A DNA stretch of 12,697 nt from Candidatus Methanomethylicia archaeon (GTDB lineage: Archaea; Thermoproteota; Methanomethylicia; Nezhaarchaeales; B40-G2): NCBI GenBank assembly GCA_029259155.1, contig JAPDJI010000036.1:1-12697 (forward strand), in the 5' to 3' direction. The position numbers and the translations under genes are program-made. The first letter of the stretch is position 1. The number at the start of each line of letters is the position of its first letter. This document shows, one piece after another, positions 1 through 7,403 of this stretch. The notes beneath the pieces are model-generated. The model had not been told where the DNA came from and made no database searches. It saw only the letters and a list, made by a program, of their open reading frames with translations.

Positions 1-1
1 C

Positions 2-241
2 ACCGCCCTGGCGAGGCTGCTGATGCCAAAGGCGAGCATAAGCCTCGGATGCATGCGCCCCAGAGTCGAGAGGAAGCAGCTCGAAACCCTATGCCTCAAA
101 GCCGGAGCCGATAGGATTGTTCTCCCCTCAAAAGCTGCAAGGAGCTGGGCTGAGGCTCACAGCCTAAAGATCCTAGAGCTGGACGGCTGCTGCTCCATAC
201 CAGAGGAGCTGGAGGATAGAGCCATTCGATGCCTTCCATAA
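2..241 (+). CDS. C-terminal part of a radical SAM protein, biotin-synthase-like archaeal family (5'-truncated by window)
   Basis: Frame is open from base 2: TALARLLMPKASISLGCMRPR...AGADRIVLPS...DGCCSIP, stop TAA at 239-241. 'ARLLMP..I.LGCMRP', 'AG.D.I..P' and a terminal 'CCS' resemble the C-terminus of archaeal BioB-like radical SAM proteins. The CxxxCxxC motif would lie outside the window. Confidence 0.65.
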   Translation, partial: TALARLLMPKASISLGCMRPRVERKQLETLCLKAGADRIVLPSKAARSWAEAHSLKILELDGCCSIPEELEDRAIRCLP

Positions 242-242
242 G

Positions 243-259
243 GGTCGGTGTGCCAGCCG
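243..259 (-). repeat. Displaced copy of the RNase P RNA 3' end (att-like direct repeat, left copy)
   Basis: GGTCGGTGTGCCaGCCG (243-259) versus GGTCGGTGTGCCgGCCG (11921-11937): 16/17 identical, same orientation, intergenic, 1 nt after the upstream stop codon. Confidence 0.8.
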
Positions 260-467
260 ATACTAAACTCTGAAGGTGGATTACATGAGAATATTTGGTT
301 AATGGGGATGTTAGTGGTGGCTTTATTAGTCTTAGTATCATAGGCTACGGTGAAATTCTGTTACTGAGAGATCATGCATCAACTCGATTCTATGCACACT
401 AACCTTCAACCACTTCCAAAACCAGGGAAAGCAACAGAAGAATTCTTCAGACCCAGAGGCCTATGCG

Positions 468-1421
468 TTAAATTGGATAAGCGCCGCATACCCTGCAGTG
501 TATTGCATCCTCTGAGACATTTGAATGACACATCGGGCAGATCTTCCTCGTAGATCCATCTGGATGGGGTGGACCGAAGAGACTTCGATAGATCTGATAG
601 TAGAATATCTGCTCTTGGCTCCTAATCCTTACGCCATCTTCCATGAGATATCTCTCCCTCAACTCCTTGAAATCATTGATGTTATCCTCAAAGATTTTTG
701 GCAGGGTCGATGTTCCACATCCACCCTCTATTGGAACCTTAACCCTCCAAACTATCTCCTCTGGAAGCAGATCCTCAAAGGCGACTCGAAGAATATACTT
801 CCCATATCTTCTCCCATCTCTAAATCCCACTCTGAATTTTGAGTCAAGTCTCTCGGCGAACGACATCACCTCCTGATCGAGGTAGGGCTGCCTCACCTCC
901 ATCCCCAGCGCGTCTCCAAGCTTGACGGATGAGAAGCTCATCCTCCCCCAAAGCCTCCTAATTTTGAGGTCGAGTTCATCGAGGCTGAGGTTGTAGAGGA
1001 AGCTGTATCCCGCAAAAAGCTCATCTCCCCCATCCCCAGTCATGACGAGTTCGCCGCCGATATCCCTCGCATATCTTAAGGCCATGTAGATGGCGGCGCT
1101 GTTGCGCACCTCCATGGGGTCGAAAGTCTTCAACACCCTTATGGTCTCCCTGATGCCCTCCTTAAGCTCATCTAGGTCGAAGAGGAGAATTAGATGCTCG
1201 ATATCGAGGAAATCTGCAACGATTCTCGCATACTTCAAATCATCGCATGGAGAATCTTTGAGGCATACGGATATGGCTTTCAAATCCCCCATCTTCGAGG
1301 CGAGTAGGGCTATTATGCTTGAATCCAATCCCCCTGAGAGGAAGATCGTATCCCCAAGATTTCTCTCAACCGCAGCTATGAGAACATCTCTAAGCTCCCT
1401 ACATAGCTCCTCGGGAACCAT
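468..1421 (-). CDS. Asparagine synthetase-like protein: synthetase (PP-loop) domain only, no glutaminase domain, C-terminal Zn ribbon
   Basis: 317 aa with LSGGLDSS PP-loop, TGDGGDELFAGY, EVRQPYLD and KYILRVAFEDLLPEEIVWRVK motifs of Asn_synthase. No N-terminal Cys Ntn domain. Ends in CPMC-x10-CRVC. Confidence 0.85.
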   Translation of the reverse strand: MVPEELCRELRDVLIAAVERNLGDTIFLSGGLDSSIIALLASKMGDLKAISVCLKDSPCDDLKYARIVADFLDIEHLILLFDLDELKEGIRETIRVLKTFDPMEVRNSAAIYMALRYARDIGGELVMTGDGGDELFAGYSFLYNLSLDELDLKIRRLWGRMSFSSVKLGDALGMEVRQPYLDQEVMSFAERLDSKFRVGFRDGRRYGKYILRVAFEDLLPEEIVWRVKVPIEGGCGTSTLPKIFEDNINDFKELRERYLMEDGVRIRSQEQIFYYQIYRSLFGPPHPDGSTRKICPMCHSNVSEDAIHCRVCGAYPI

Positions 1422-1478
1422 GGCTTTACGGCCATGGAAATTTTACATAATCCATCTTCTATAAGGCACTCGGAATAG

Positions 1479-2153
1479 ATGAGGGTGATAGTCTCATGGA
1501 GTGGGGGTAAGGATAGCTGCCTATCCCTATATAGGGCTTTGAGGCGTGGCCTCAAACCCGTCTCCCTCCTAAATATCGCAACGCATGGGGGTGGAGGCTT
1601 CAGGGTTCACGGCCTAAACCCTGATATAATCATCGATCAGGCTAAGGCCCTCGATTTGCCCATAGTTCAGAGAGTGGCAGAGTGGAAGCGATACGAGGAG
1701 GTCTTCAAGGAAGCCGCTAAGGAGATTAGGGATAGGCTGGGGGCTGAGGGGATAGTCTTCGGAGACATCTTACTTGAGGAGCATAGAAAGTGGGGGTTAA
1801 AGATCTGCGAGGAACTCGGCATGGAGGCCCTCTCACCCCTCTATGGGGAGGATGAGAGGAAGCTTATGATGGAGTTTATAGAGTCCGGATTCAAGGCTGT
1901 AGTGGTTTGTGTTAGGGCTGATATGCTACCCGAGGAGCTCCTCGGGAGGATGCTGGATGAGGATTTGGTTAAAGCCCTTGAGGATATCGGAGTCGACCTC
2001 TGCGGCGAATACGGTGAATACCATACCCTCGTCTTAGACGGCCCCATATTCAAAAGGCGGATAGAGATCGTTGAGAGCGATGTCGAGCGTATCCCCCCAG
2101 ACTACGCCGTCTTGAATATACTTAGATGGAGATTGGTCGACTCTGGGGTTTAG
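1479..2153 (+). CDS. DUF71/COG2102 diphthine-ammonia-ligase-like ATP pyrophosphatase (likely the B12-associated subfamily)
   Basis: 224 aa with SWSGGKDS PP-loop, VFGDI..EEHR.W and DLCGEYGEYHTLVLDGPIFK signature. The SWSGGKDS/FGDI variant and the cob gene context argue against the housekeeping Dph6. Confidence 0.85.
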   Translation: MRVIVSWSGGKDSCLSLYRALRRGLKPVSLLNIATHGGGGFRVHGLNPDIIIDQAKALDLPIVQRVAEWKRYEEVFKEAAKEIRDRLGAEGIVFGDILLEEHRKWGLKICEELGMEALSPLYGEDERKLMMEFIESGFKAVVVCVRADMLPEELLGRMLDEDLVKALEDIGVDLCGEYGEYHTLVLDGPIFKRRIEIVESDVERIPPDYAVLNILRWRLVDSGV

Positions 2154-2863
2154 TATATCCTCCTCACCCTATATCTCCGCTTAATCCCATGATGGAGTAT
2201 CGACACCTTCCTCAGATGTCTCTCCGCCCTCCTCCTCGCCTCCTCAAGCTCGGCTATTGTCGGCCTCCTATATACATCATCCTCCATGGGTATGTAGCCA
2301 TCTATTCTATATGGAATATCCTCATCAACGTCAGCTATGAATTCAGCTATCCTCTCGATCTCATCCGACTCGATCAATCCTGGCACAAGTATGCTCTCAG
2401 CCCTCAGCTCAACCCCGAGGTTCCAATACCTCCTAAAGTTTATGAGAACCCTCTTAGATCCGCTTACTCCAGTGAATCTTCTAAATATCTCCTCGGTCAC
2501 GGCTTTGATGCTGACGCATGCGGAGTCTATGAGGCCTTCCTCCACGAGTTTATAGCCGTTCGTCAATAGTATGTTATATGAGTTGAAGGCCCTCTTCAAC
2601 TCCTCGGCGAGTTTATAGAATTCCACATCCACAGTAGGCTCAAAACCCATGTAAACAACCCTCTCGAAGTCGAGGCCCTTAACGATGTTGAGGGCCTCCT
2701 CAGCCGATAATGGGGGTCTCACGTCCCCAGAGGAGTCTGTTAGATGTATATCTATTGGATGATTTCTGCAGATGCATCCATGACATGAGAAGTTACATGG
2801 CCCATCGAAGTATATGTATAGCTCCCTCAATGTAGGCGCATATGTTATGTGATATATCCCCAT
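2150..2863 (-). CDS. Radical SAM protein, PFL-activating-enzyme-like, unknown function
   Basis: 237 aa with N-terminal CNFSCHGC (CxxxCxxC), MGFEPT (GGEP-like), TNGY, VSIKA and LVPG motifs. SD-like GAGGTTGAG and an ATATATA element lie upstream on the - strand. Confidence 0.85.
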   Translation of the reverse strand: MGIYHITYAPTLRELYIYFDGPCNFSCHGCICRNHPIDIHLTDSSGDVRPPLSAEEALNIVKGLDFERVVYMGFEPTVDVEFYKLAEELKRAFNSYNILLTNGYKLVEEGLIDSACVSIKAVTEEIFRRFTGVSGSKRVLINFRRYWNLGVELRAESILVPGLIESDEIERIAEFIADVDEDIPYRIDGYIPMEDDVYRRPTIAELEEARRRAERHLRKVSILHHGIKRRYRVRRIY

Positions 2864-2915
2864 CTCAACCTCAATTTTCAGCTCCCCTATATATCTCTGA
2901 TGAGGCCTCTATCCA

Positions 2916-3929
2916 TCACCCAGGGAGGACTCTATAGATCAGCGTCATGACAGCCGCAACCAGTATTAGATGGAGGATCATGGAGCATGACACTATCTTC
3001 ACTGCGTCATATACCCTCCGCCAATCTAATGCGTTGATAACGTCTCCAAGGGTGTAATGCCCTACCTTCTCCAGCCTCACCCCGAGGGCTCCAGCCATGG
3101 CCGACATTGGATGGCCGGCGTTTAGGCTTTCGGTCTTGTCGTGATCCCTCCTCCATATCCTCCACGCCCCCCTCCAATCATATCCGAGTAGAAGGGATGA
3201 GAAGATTATGTAGAGGGCTGACATCCTCGCCGGTAGATAGTTTATAACGGTGTCGAGCTTCGCAGAGAACCATCCTAACCTCTCAAACTCTCTGCTCCTG
3301 AATCCGACAGCCCCATCGAGGGTGTTAACCATCCTCTGTAGGTATGGTCCCATCACTCCGAGGAGTGGATAGTATAGTAGTGGGGAGACCATTCCATCGA
3401 CGAGGCTCTCGGCGAGGGACTCGATTGCAGCTGATAGTGTATGCTCCTCATCCAGGGAGTATACATCCCTCCTAACAATCTGCTGGGTCCAGAATCTCGC
3501 ATCATCCCAATTCCCGTTCTTAACGCTATCGCCGATCCTAATCCCTATCTCGATCAGCAGTCTAATGGAGAAGCTCAGCTTCAAGATGTAAGCCGCCACC
3601 AAGGGCCAGAGCATTGAGGCGATCCAGGAATCAGCCATGGAGAGGAGGATCAACAGGGCTATAAGTGGGGCTATATGAGTCAGGATGCATAGGAGGGCTA
3701 ACGCCACGCCGAAAGCCCTACCTGCATAGGGCTTTGCAAGTCTTCTAGCCATGTGGAAGCAGGTGTGAACTGGATGGATTCTAAGCATTATGCCTCGGTG
3801 ATAGGGGTAGAGGAGGTCTAGGATTACTGAGAGCAACAATGCGATTAGGCCTATGGTAAGGCTGGATGGATAGATTGCCCTTAGAAACATGGGGAGGATG
3901 CCTAATCCTCGAATCGATGTCTCGATCAT
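2916..3929 (-). CDS. cbiB: Adenosylcobinamide-phosphate synthase CbiB
   Basis: Membrane protein with HPV, AAIESLAESLVDGMVSPLLY, VNTLDGAVG, AKLDTVINYLPAR and SLNAGHPMSAMAGALGVRLEK.G.Y.LG motifs. The true start may be a slightly downstream Met. Confidence 0.93.
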   Translation of the reverse strand: MIETSIRGLGILPMFLRAIYPSSLTIGLIALLLSVILDLLYPYHRGIMLRIHPVHTCFHMARRLAKPYAGRAFGVALALLCILTHIAPLIALLILLSMADSWIASMLWPLVAAYILKLSFSIRLLIEIGIRIGDSVKNGNWDDARFWTQQIVRRDVYSLDEEHTLSAAIESLAESLVDGMVSPLLYYPLLGVMGPYLQRMVNTLDGAVGFRSREFERLGWFSAKLDTVINYLPARMSALYIIFSSLLLGYDWRGAWRIWRRDHDKTESLNAGHPMSAMAGALGVRLEKVGHYTLGDVINALDWRRVYDAVKIVSCSMILHLILVAAVMTLIYRVLPG

Positions 3930-3933
3930 GGCT

Positions 3934-4704
3934 CTACATTAAAATCGATGTTAGGGCGGCTGGGATTATTAGGGTGGCGGCCTTCGTCAGCTCATAGCAG
4001 AATCCGAGGACATCCCCATTCACGAATCCCAGAGTCCTATGAGACTTCGCCCTCGTATAGGTCACTATGAGGATCATGGCGGCGACCATCGTCAACCCAT
4101 AGGGTGTAAGGCCTCCTCCAAAACTGAGGATTAAGATGAGGATGAATCCAAATGAAATTGAGTTTACCACAGCCCCCACCCCACGCTTCGACTCAACTAT
4201 GAAGACTCTACCCAATCCATCATAGCCTGGAGGGGTGGATGAGATGGCGAGGAGATACATCGATTCGGAGGCCAAGACGTGGGAGAGTATGATTATCTGC
4301 CACCACAACTCATCCACGAGCTCTAAGAGGGAGGAGTATGAGACCATTATTAGCAGGGTTGTGGAGGCGATTGCGGCGGCTCCCCTCTCCGGCTTCTTCA
4401 TAATCCTAAGCATATCCTCCCCCCTCCTTCCAGAGGCTATGGCGTCGGATAAGTCGGCGAATCCATCGAGATGATTGAATCCCGTGATGAGATGGGAGAG
4501 CACGAGTATTATTGCGGCCCTGACATAAGTCGGCGCATCGAGGAGCATGGGGGATACGGCCACCAACCCCTCGATCAAGCCTATTATCGGGGATAGGTAG
4601 AAGAACTTGGAGGCGAGGGAGAGGTCGTGGATGCCGGTTGGTATTATCGTCAGGAATGATAGGAGGGCCATGAAGCCCTTAACCCCTTCCCGAAACCTCT
4701 TCAA
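3934..4704 (-). CDS. cobS: Adenosylcobinamide-GDP ribazoletransferase (cobalamin synthase) CobS
   Basis: LSFLTIIP, TGFNHLDGFADLSDA, RIMK, GLG and LGFVNGDVLG motifs; hydrophobic. The start is uncertain: TTG 4704 or ATG 4671 is more plausible than the ORF-track start at 4749. Confidence 0.93.
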   Translation of the reverse strand: MKRFREGVKGFMALLSFLTIIPTGIHDLSLASKFFYLSPIIGLIEGLVAVSPMLLDAPTYVRAAIILVLSHLITGFNHLDGFADLSDAIASGRRGEDMLRIMKKPERGAAAIASTTLLIMVSYSSLLELVDELWWQIIILSHVLASESMYLLAISSTPPGYDGLGRVFIVESKRGVGAVVNSISFGFILILILSFGGGLTPYGLTMVAAMILIVTYTRAKSHRTLGFVNGDVLGFCYELTKAATLIIPAALTSILM

Positions 4705-5737
4705 GGGCTCTAACCAGGAGATCGTTCTCCTCACCCCTCCTAACCGCAACCCTCGTATGGAAACTCGTTAAGCCATGGAAGGTATGCGCCGATCTCACAT
4801 GGATTCCATAGTCCCTTAACAGCCTCTCTCTAAGGATTTTGGATTCTATCCATGGATGCTTCAGTAGCAGGAAGTTCGCCTTAGACCTATATACGTGGTA
4901 GCCGATTCTTGAGAGTGATCCCCTCAGCCGGCTCCTCTCCTCTGCGATATATCTACATGTCCTCCTGATGAAACTCCACAGCTCATCCCTGAATTTGATC
5001 AGTGTCTCCCTGAAGGCGGTCTCCGCTATTGAGCCTATATTCCAGGTTGGCCTAATCGCCTCCATCCTCCCTACTATATCCCTCGATGACGTATAGGCGA
5101 ATCCAAGCCTCAGACCTGGAACGCCGAAGACCTTTGTAAAGCTCCTCACAACGATGACGTTATCCAATTCCACTCCGAGGAGGCCCCTAAAACCACTCAG
5201 CTCCGCATATACCTCGTCGACTATAAGCCATGAGAAATCCTCAAGCTCATCCACCAACTCCAGTAGGGCATCCTCCCCCACAAGCAACCCAGTTGGATTA
5301 TTCGGATTCGTAACCACTATAACCGAGTTCATTTCGCCCTTAGCCTCCTCAACCACCTCGCCGACATCGAATTTGAAAGCTCCATCCACCTCCCGCATCA
5401 ATATATGCCTACACTCGGCTCCGATCCCCCAGCATAGGAGGTCGTAGTCTCCATAGCTCGGGCTCACGACGAGCAGTTTCCTCGGCCTCAAGGCGATTAT
5501 CGCCAGGCTTAGGGCCTCTGAGGCTCCATTACAGGCTATTATGGAGTTCTCATCGATGTCGTAGAAGTATGATATGGCGGCCTTAAGCCCAGAGTAATTC
5601 GAGTCGGGATAAGACCTATACACCCCAGCTCTACAGCAGCGGGCTATCTCCTCCTCGAGGAGTTTTGGAGGGGCGAGGGGATTGACGTTCACGCTGAAGT
5701 CTATTACGCCCTCGATTCCCCCTCCATGAATCCTCAT
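4679..5737 (-). CDS. cobD: L-threonine-O-3-phosphate decarboxylase CobD (PLP-dependent class I/II aminotransferase fold)
   Basis: HGG, DFSVNVNP, NGASE, NPNNPTG, VDEVY and RSFTKVFGVPGLRLG (PLP lysine) motifs. Lies between cobY and cobS with an ATGA overlap with cobY. Confidence 0.9.
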   Translation of the reverse strand: MRIHGGGIEGVIDFSVNVNPLAPPKLLEEEIARCCRAGVYRSYPDSNYSGLKAAISYFYDIDENSIIACNGASEALSLAIIALRPRKLLVVSPSYGDYDLLCWGIGAECRHILMREVDGAFKFDVGEVVEEAKGEMNSVIVVTNPNNPTGLLVGEDALLELVDELEDFSWLIVDEVYAELSGFRGLLGVELDNVIVVRSFTKVFGVPGLRLGFAYTSSRDIVGRMEAIRPTWNIGSIAETAFRETLIKFRDELWSFIRRTCRYIAEERSRLRGSLSRIGYHVYRSKANFLLLKHPWIESKILRERLLRDYGIHVRSAHTFHGLTSFHTRVAVRRGEENDLLVRALEEVSGRG

Positions 5738-6288
5738 CGAATCAACTCCTCACTCAATCTCAGCTCATCCCATGTATCTATATCAAGAAGCTCTGGAAAT
5801 TCATCCATCACCACCTCACCCCAGCTCCAGTCATCCCCCTTTAGAAGTGATATGCCAACTGGAGCTCTCAGGGGAGGCCTTCGCAGCTCCCTTGGGAAGC
5901 TACTTCTATCAACTATGAGTGTTATGAGGCTCTCCCTCGATCTCCAGGCTCTCTCAAGGAATTGGCTTAGAAGCCCCGCTGTTATGAAGGGCATGTCCAC
6001 TGGCAGGAGGAGTATTGGCTTATCAACTCTGGATGCGACATATCCCAGATCACTTGGATATCCATCGCCCCTGGTCTTGATTATGGGAATCCCTCTATCG
6101 ATGCACCATCGCTCAGTTAGCGGCGTATGCCTCGATGGAGCTATGTAGAGCTCGCCATCCAATCCCTTCACCGCCTCCACGACATATTCGATTAGGGGTT
6201 TACCTCGAAGCCTCAGCAGAGCCTTCTCAACTCCACCCATCCTCTCGCCCTTTCCACCGGCCATCACCACGATCCTTAGGGTCGTCAT
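5734..6288 (-). CDS. cobY: Adenosylcobinamide-phosphate guanylyltransferase CobY (MobA-like NTP transferase)
   Basis: MAGGKGERMGGVEKALL, T.G.GY..DL, PVDMP and DIDTWDEL motifs. Translationally coupled (ATGA) to both neighbours in a cob operon. Confidence 0.85.
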   Translation of the reverse strand: MTTLRIVVMAGGKGERMGGVEKALLRLRGKPLIEYVVEAVKGLDGELYIAPSRHTPLTERWCIDRGIPIIKTRGDGYPSDLGYVASRVDKPILLLPVDMPFITAGLLSQFLERAWRSRESLITLIVDRSSFPRELRRPPLRAPVGISLLKGDDWSWGEVVMDEFPELLDIDTWDELRLSEELIR

Positions 6289-7403
6289 CGCCCACCTCCC
6301 AGATGTCTGTCATAGATTCTGCTTAGGATGGATCCTATCAGGGAGGCGAGGATGTCATCCATGAACATGGGCTTATCCCCAAACTCCCTCAGCTCCCCCT
6401 TATTGGAGTCGATCCAGTAATATGCGAAGAGGGCTCTCCACCCATTTATGTAGAGGGCTAAGGTTATTCCGAGGAGTTCATCTGCGAGTATCCTCTTAGA
6501 GTCTCCGAGGTATTCCTTCCGGCTCAACCCTGGTAGAGCTCCAGATAGACCATGCCAATCAAGATTACGGGCTGCGAGAGCTATGGCCCAGATATTTGGA
6601 TCTCTCAGGAGACTCCTAAGCTCGGCCTCAACCTCCCGCTTAACCTCATCCTCAGATAAACCTGGGATTGGAGCCCTACGATATATATTGGATGCAGCAT
6701 CCCTGATCCACTCCATATCGACGCCGAAGATATCGCTAAACCTCTCATCCATCCCCAGGCTCTCGATTCCCTTGGAGATTATCGCCTCATAAACGAGTTT
6801 AGCGGCCTCAGATCCTATCGGGGTGGCTGGCCCCCCATAGGGCTCCTCCTCCACCCCATCCATGCTCGATGCTATCACTATGGCATCCGTCGCAGTTGCA
6901 TACACCCTACCCAGATTATATCCCCTTGAGAGAGCCAAATCGACTAGCGCTAAGGTCTTCGCACCGCTGACGACCTCGGCGAGGTCGATGAAGGCGTTAT
7001 CCCTTAGAGGCTTATCCACGAATAGGAGGATGTTTATCGTCGCCGCCCTCCTCCTTGGCTCCTCGGCTCCGATGGAGATTGGAGGGGTAAGCCCGACGCT
7101 GGCCATCACCATCATCTTAATCGGGGAGTGAATCCACATCTCAACGTTTTCACGCACAACATCTACAGCGGTTAGGAACACCGCTGAGCTCCTAAGGGGG
7201 AGCTCCAGCCTCTCTAAGAGTCTCTCAGCGTAGCCAACTGGGTTTGGATCATTGAAGTCCGGTTCAACCCTATGGAATACTACATGGGTTAACTCCCTGA
7301 ATCCGCCTGCTATGATCGTTGAGGATAGGGCTCTCACCCTCCCCCCAAACTCTATTATTAGGGTGTTCTCATCCCCTATCCTCTTCGTCAACCTCAATTC
7401 CAT
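6285..7403 (-). CDS. cbiS: Bifunctional CbiZ (adenosylcobinamide amidohydrolase) - CobZ (alpha-ribazole-phosphate phosphatase) fusion, CbiS-like
   Basis: The N-domain is CbiZ-like (ALSS...GG, VFLTAVD, TINI, AK..AL, ATATDAI, GPAT.IG). The C-domain is CobZ-like (L.DPN, ILADELLG...A.YI.G..ALF.Y...D..K, PMFMDD). Confidence 0.85.
   Translation of the reverse strand: MELRLTKRIGDENTLIIEFGGRVRALSSTIIAGGFRELTHVVFHRVEPDFNDPNPVGYAERLLERLELPLRSSAVFLTAVDVVRENVEMWIHSPIKMMVMASVGLTPPISIGAEEPRRRAATINILLFVDKPLRDNAFIDLAEVVSGAKTLALVDLALSRGYNLGRVYATATDAIVIASSMDGVEEEPYGGPATPIGSEAAKLVYEAIISKGIESLGMDERFSDIFGVDMEWIRDAASNIYRRAPIPGLSEDEVKREVEAELRSLLRDPNIWAIALAARNLDWHGLSGALPGLSRKEYLGDSKRILADELLGITLALYINGWRALFAYYWIDSNKGELREFGDKPMFMDDILASLIGSILSRIYDRHLGGGR

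Noticed and set aside
96-341. 81-aa minus-strand ORF crossing the left repeat, considered as a split SSV-type integrase fragment
   Set aside because: No recognisable tyrosine recombinase motifs, and it is mostly antisense to the radical SAM gene. An HMM search is needed to exclude it fully.
437-448. 12-bp palindrome GAAGAATTCTTC
   Set aside because: It is short and occurs once, and a few palindromes of this length are expected by chance in 12.7 kb.
1479-2153. Calling the gene dph6
   Set aside because: The family is clear, but the motif variant and context point to the B12-linked paralog group. The symbol is withheld pending a phylogeny.
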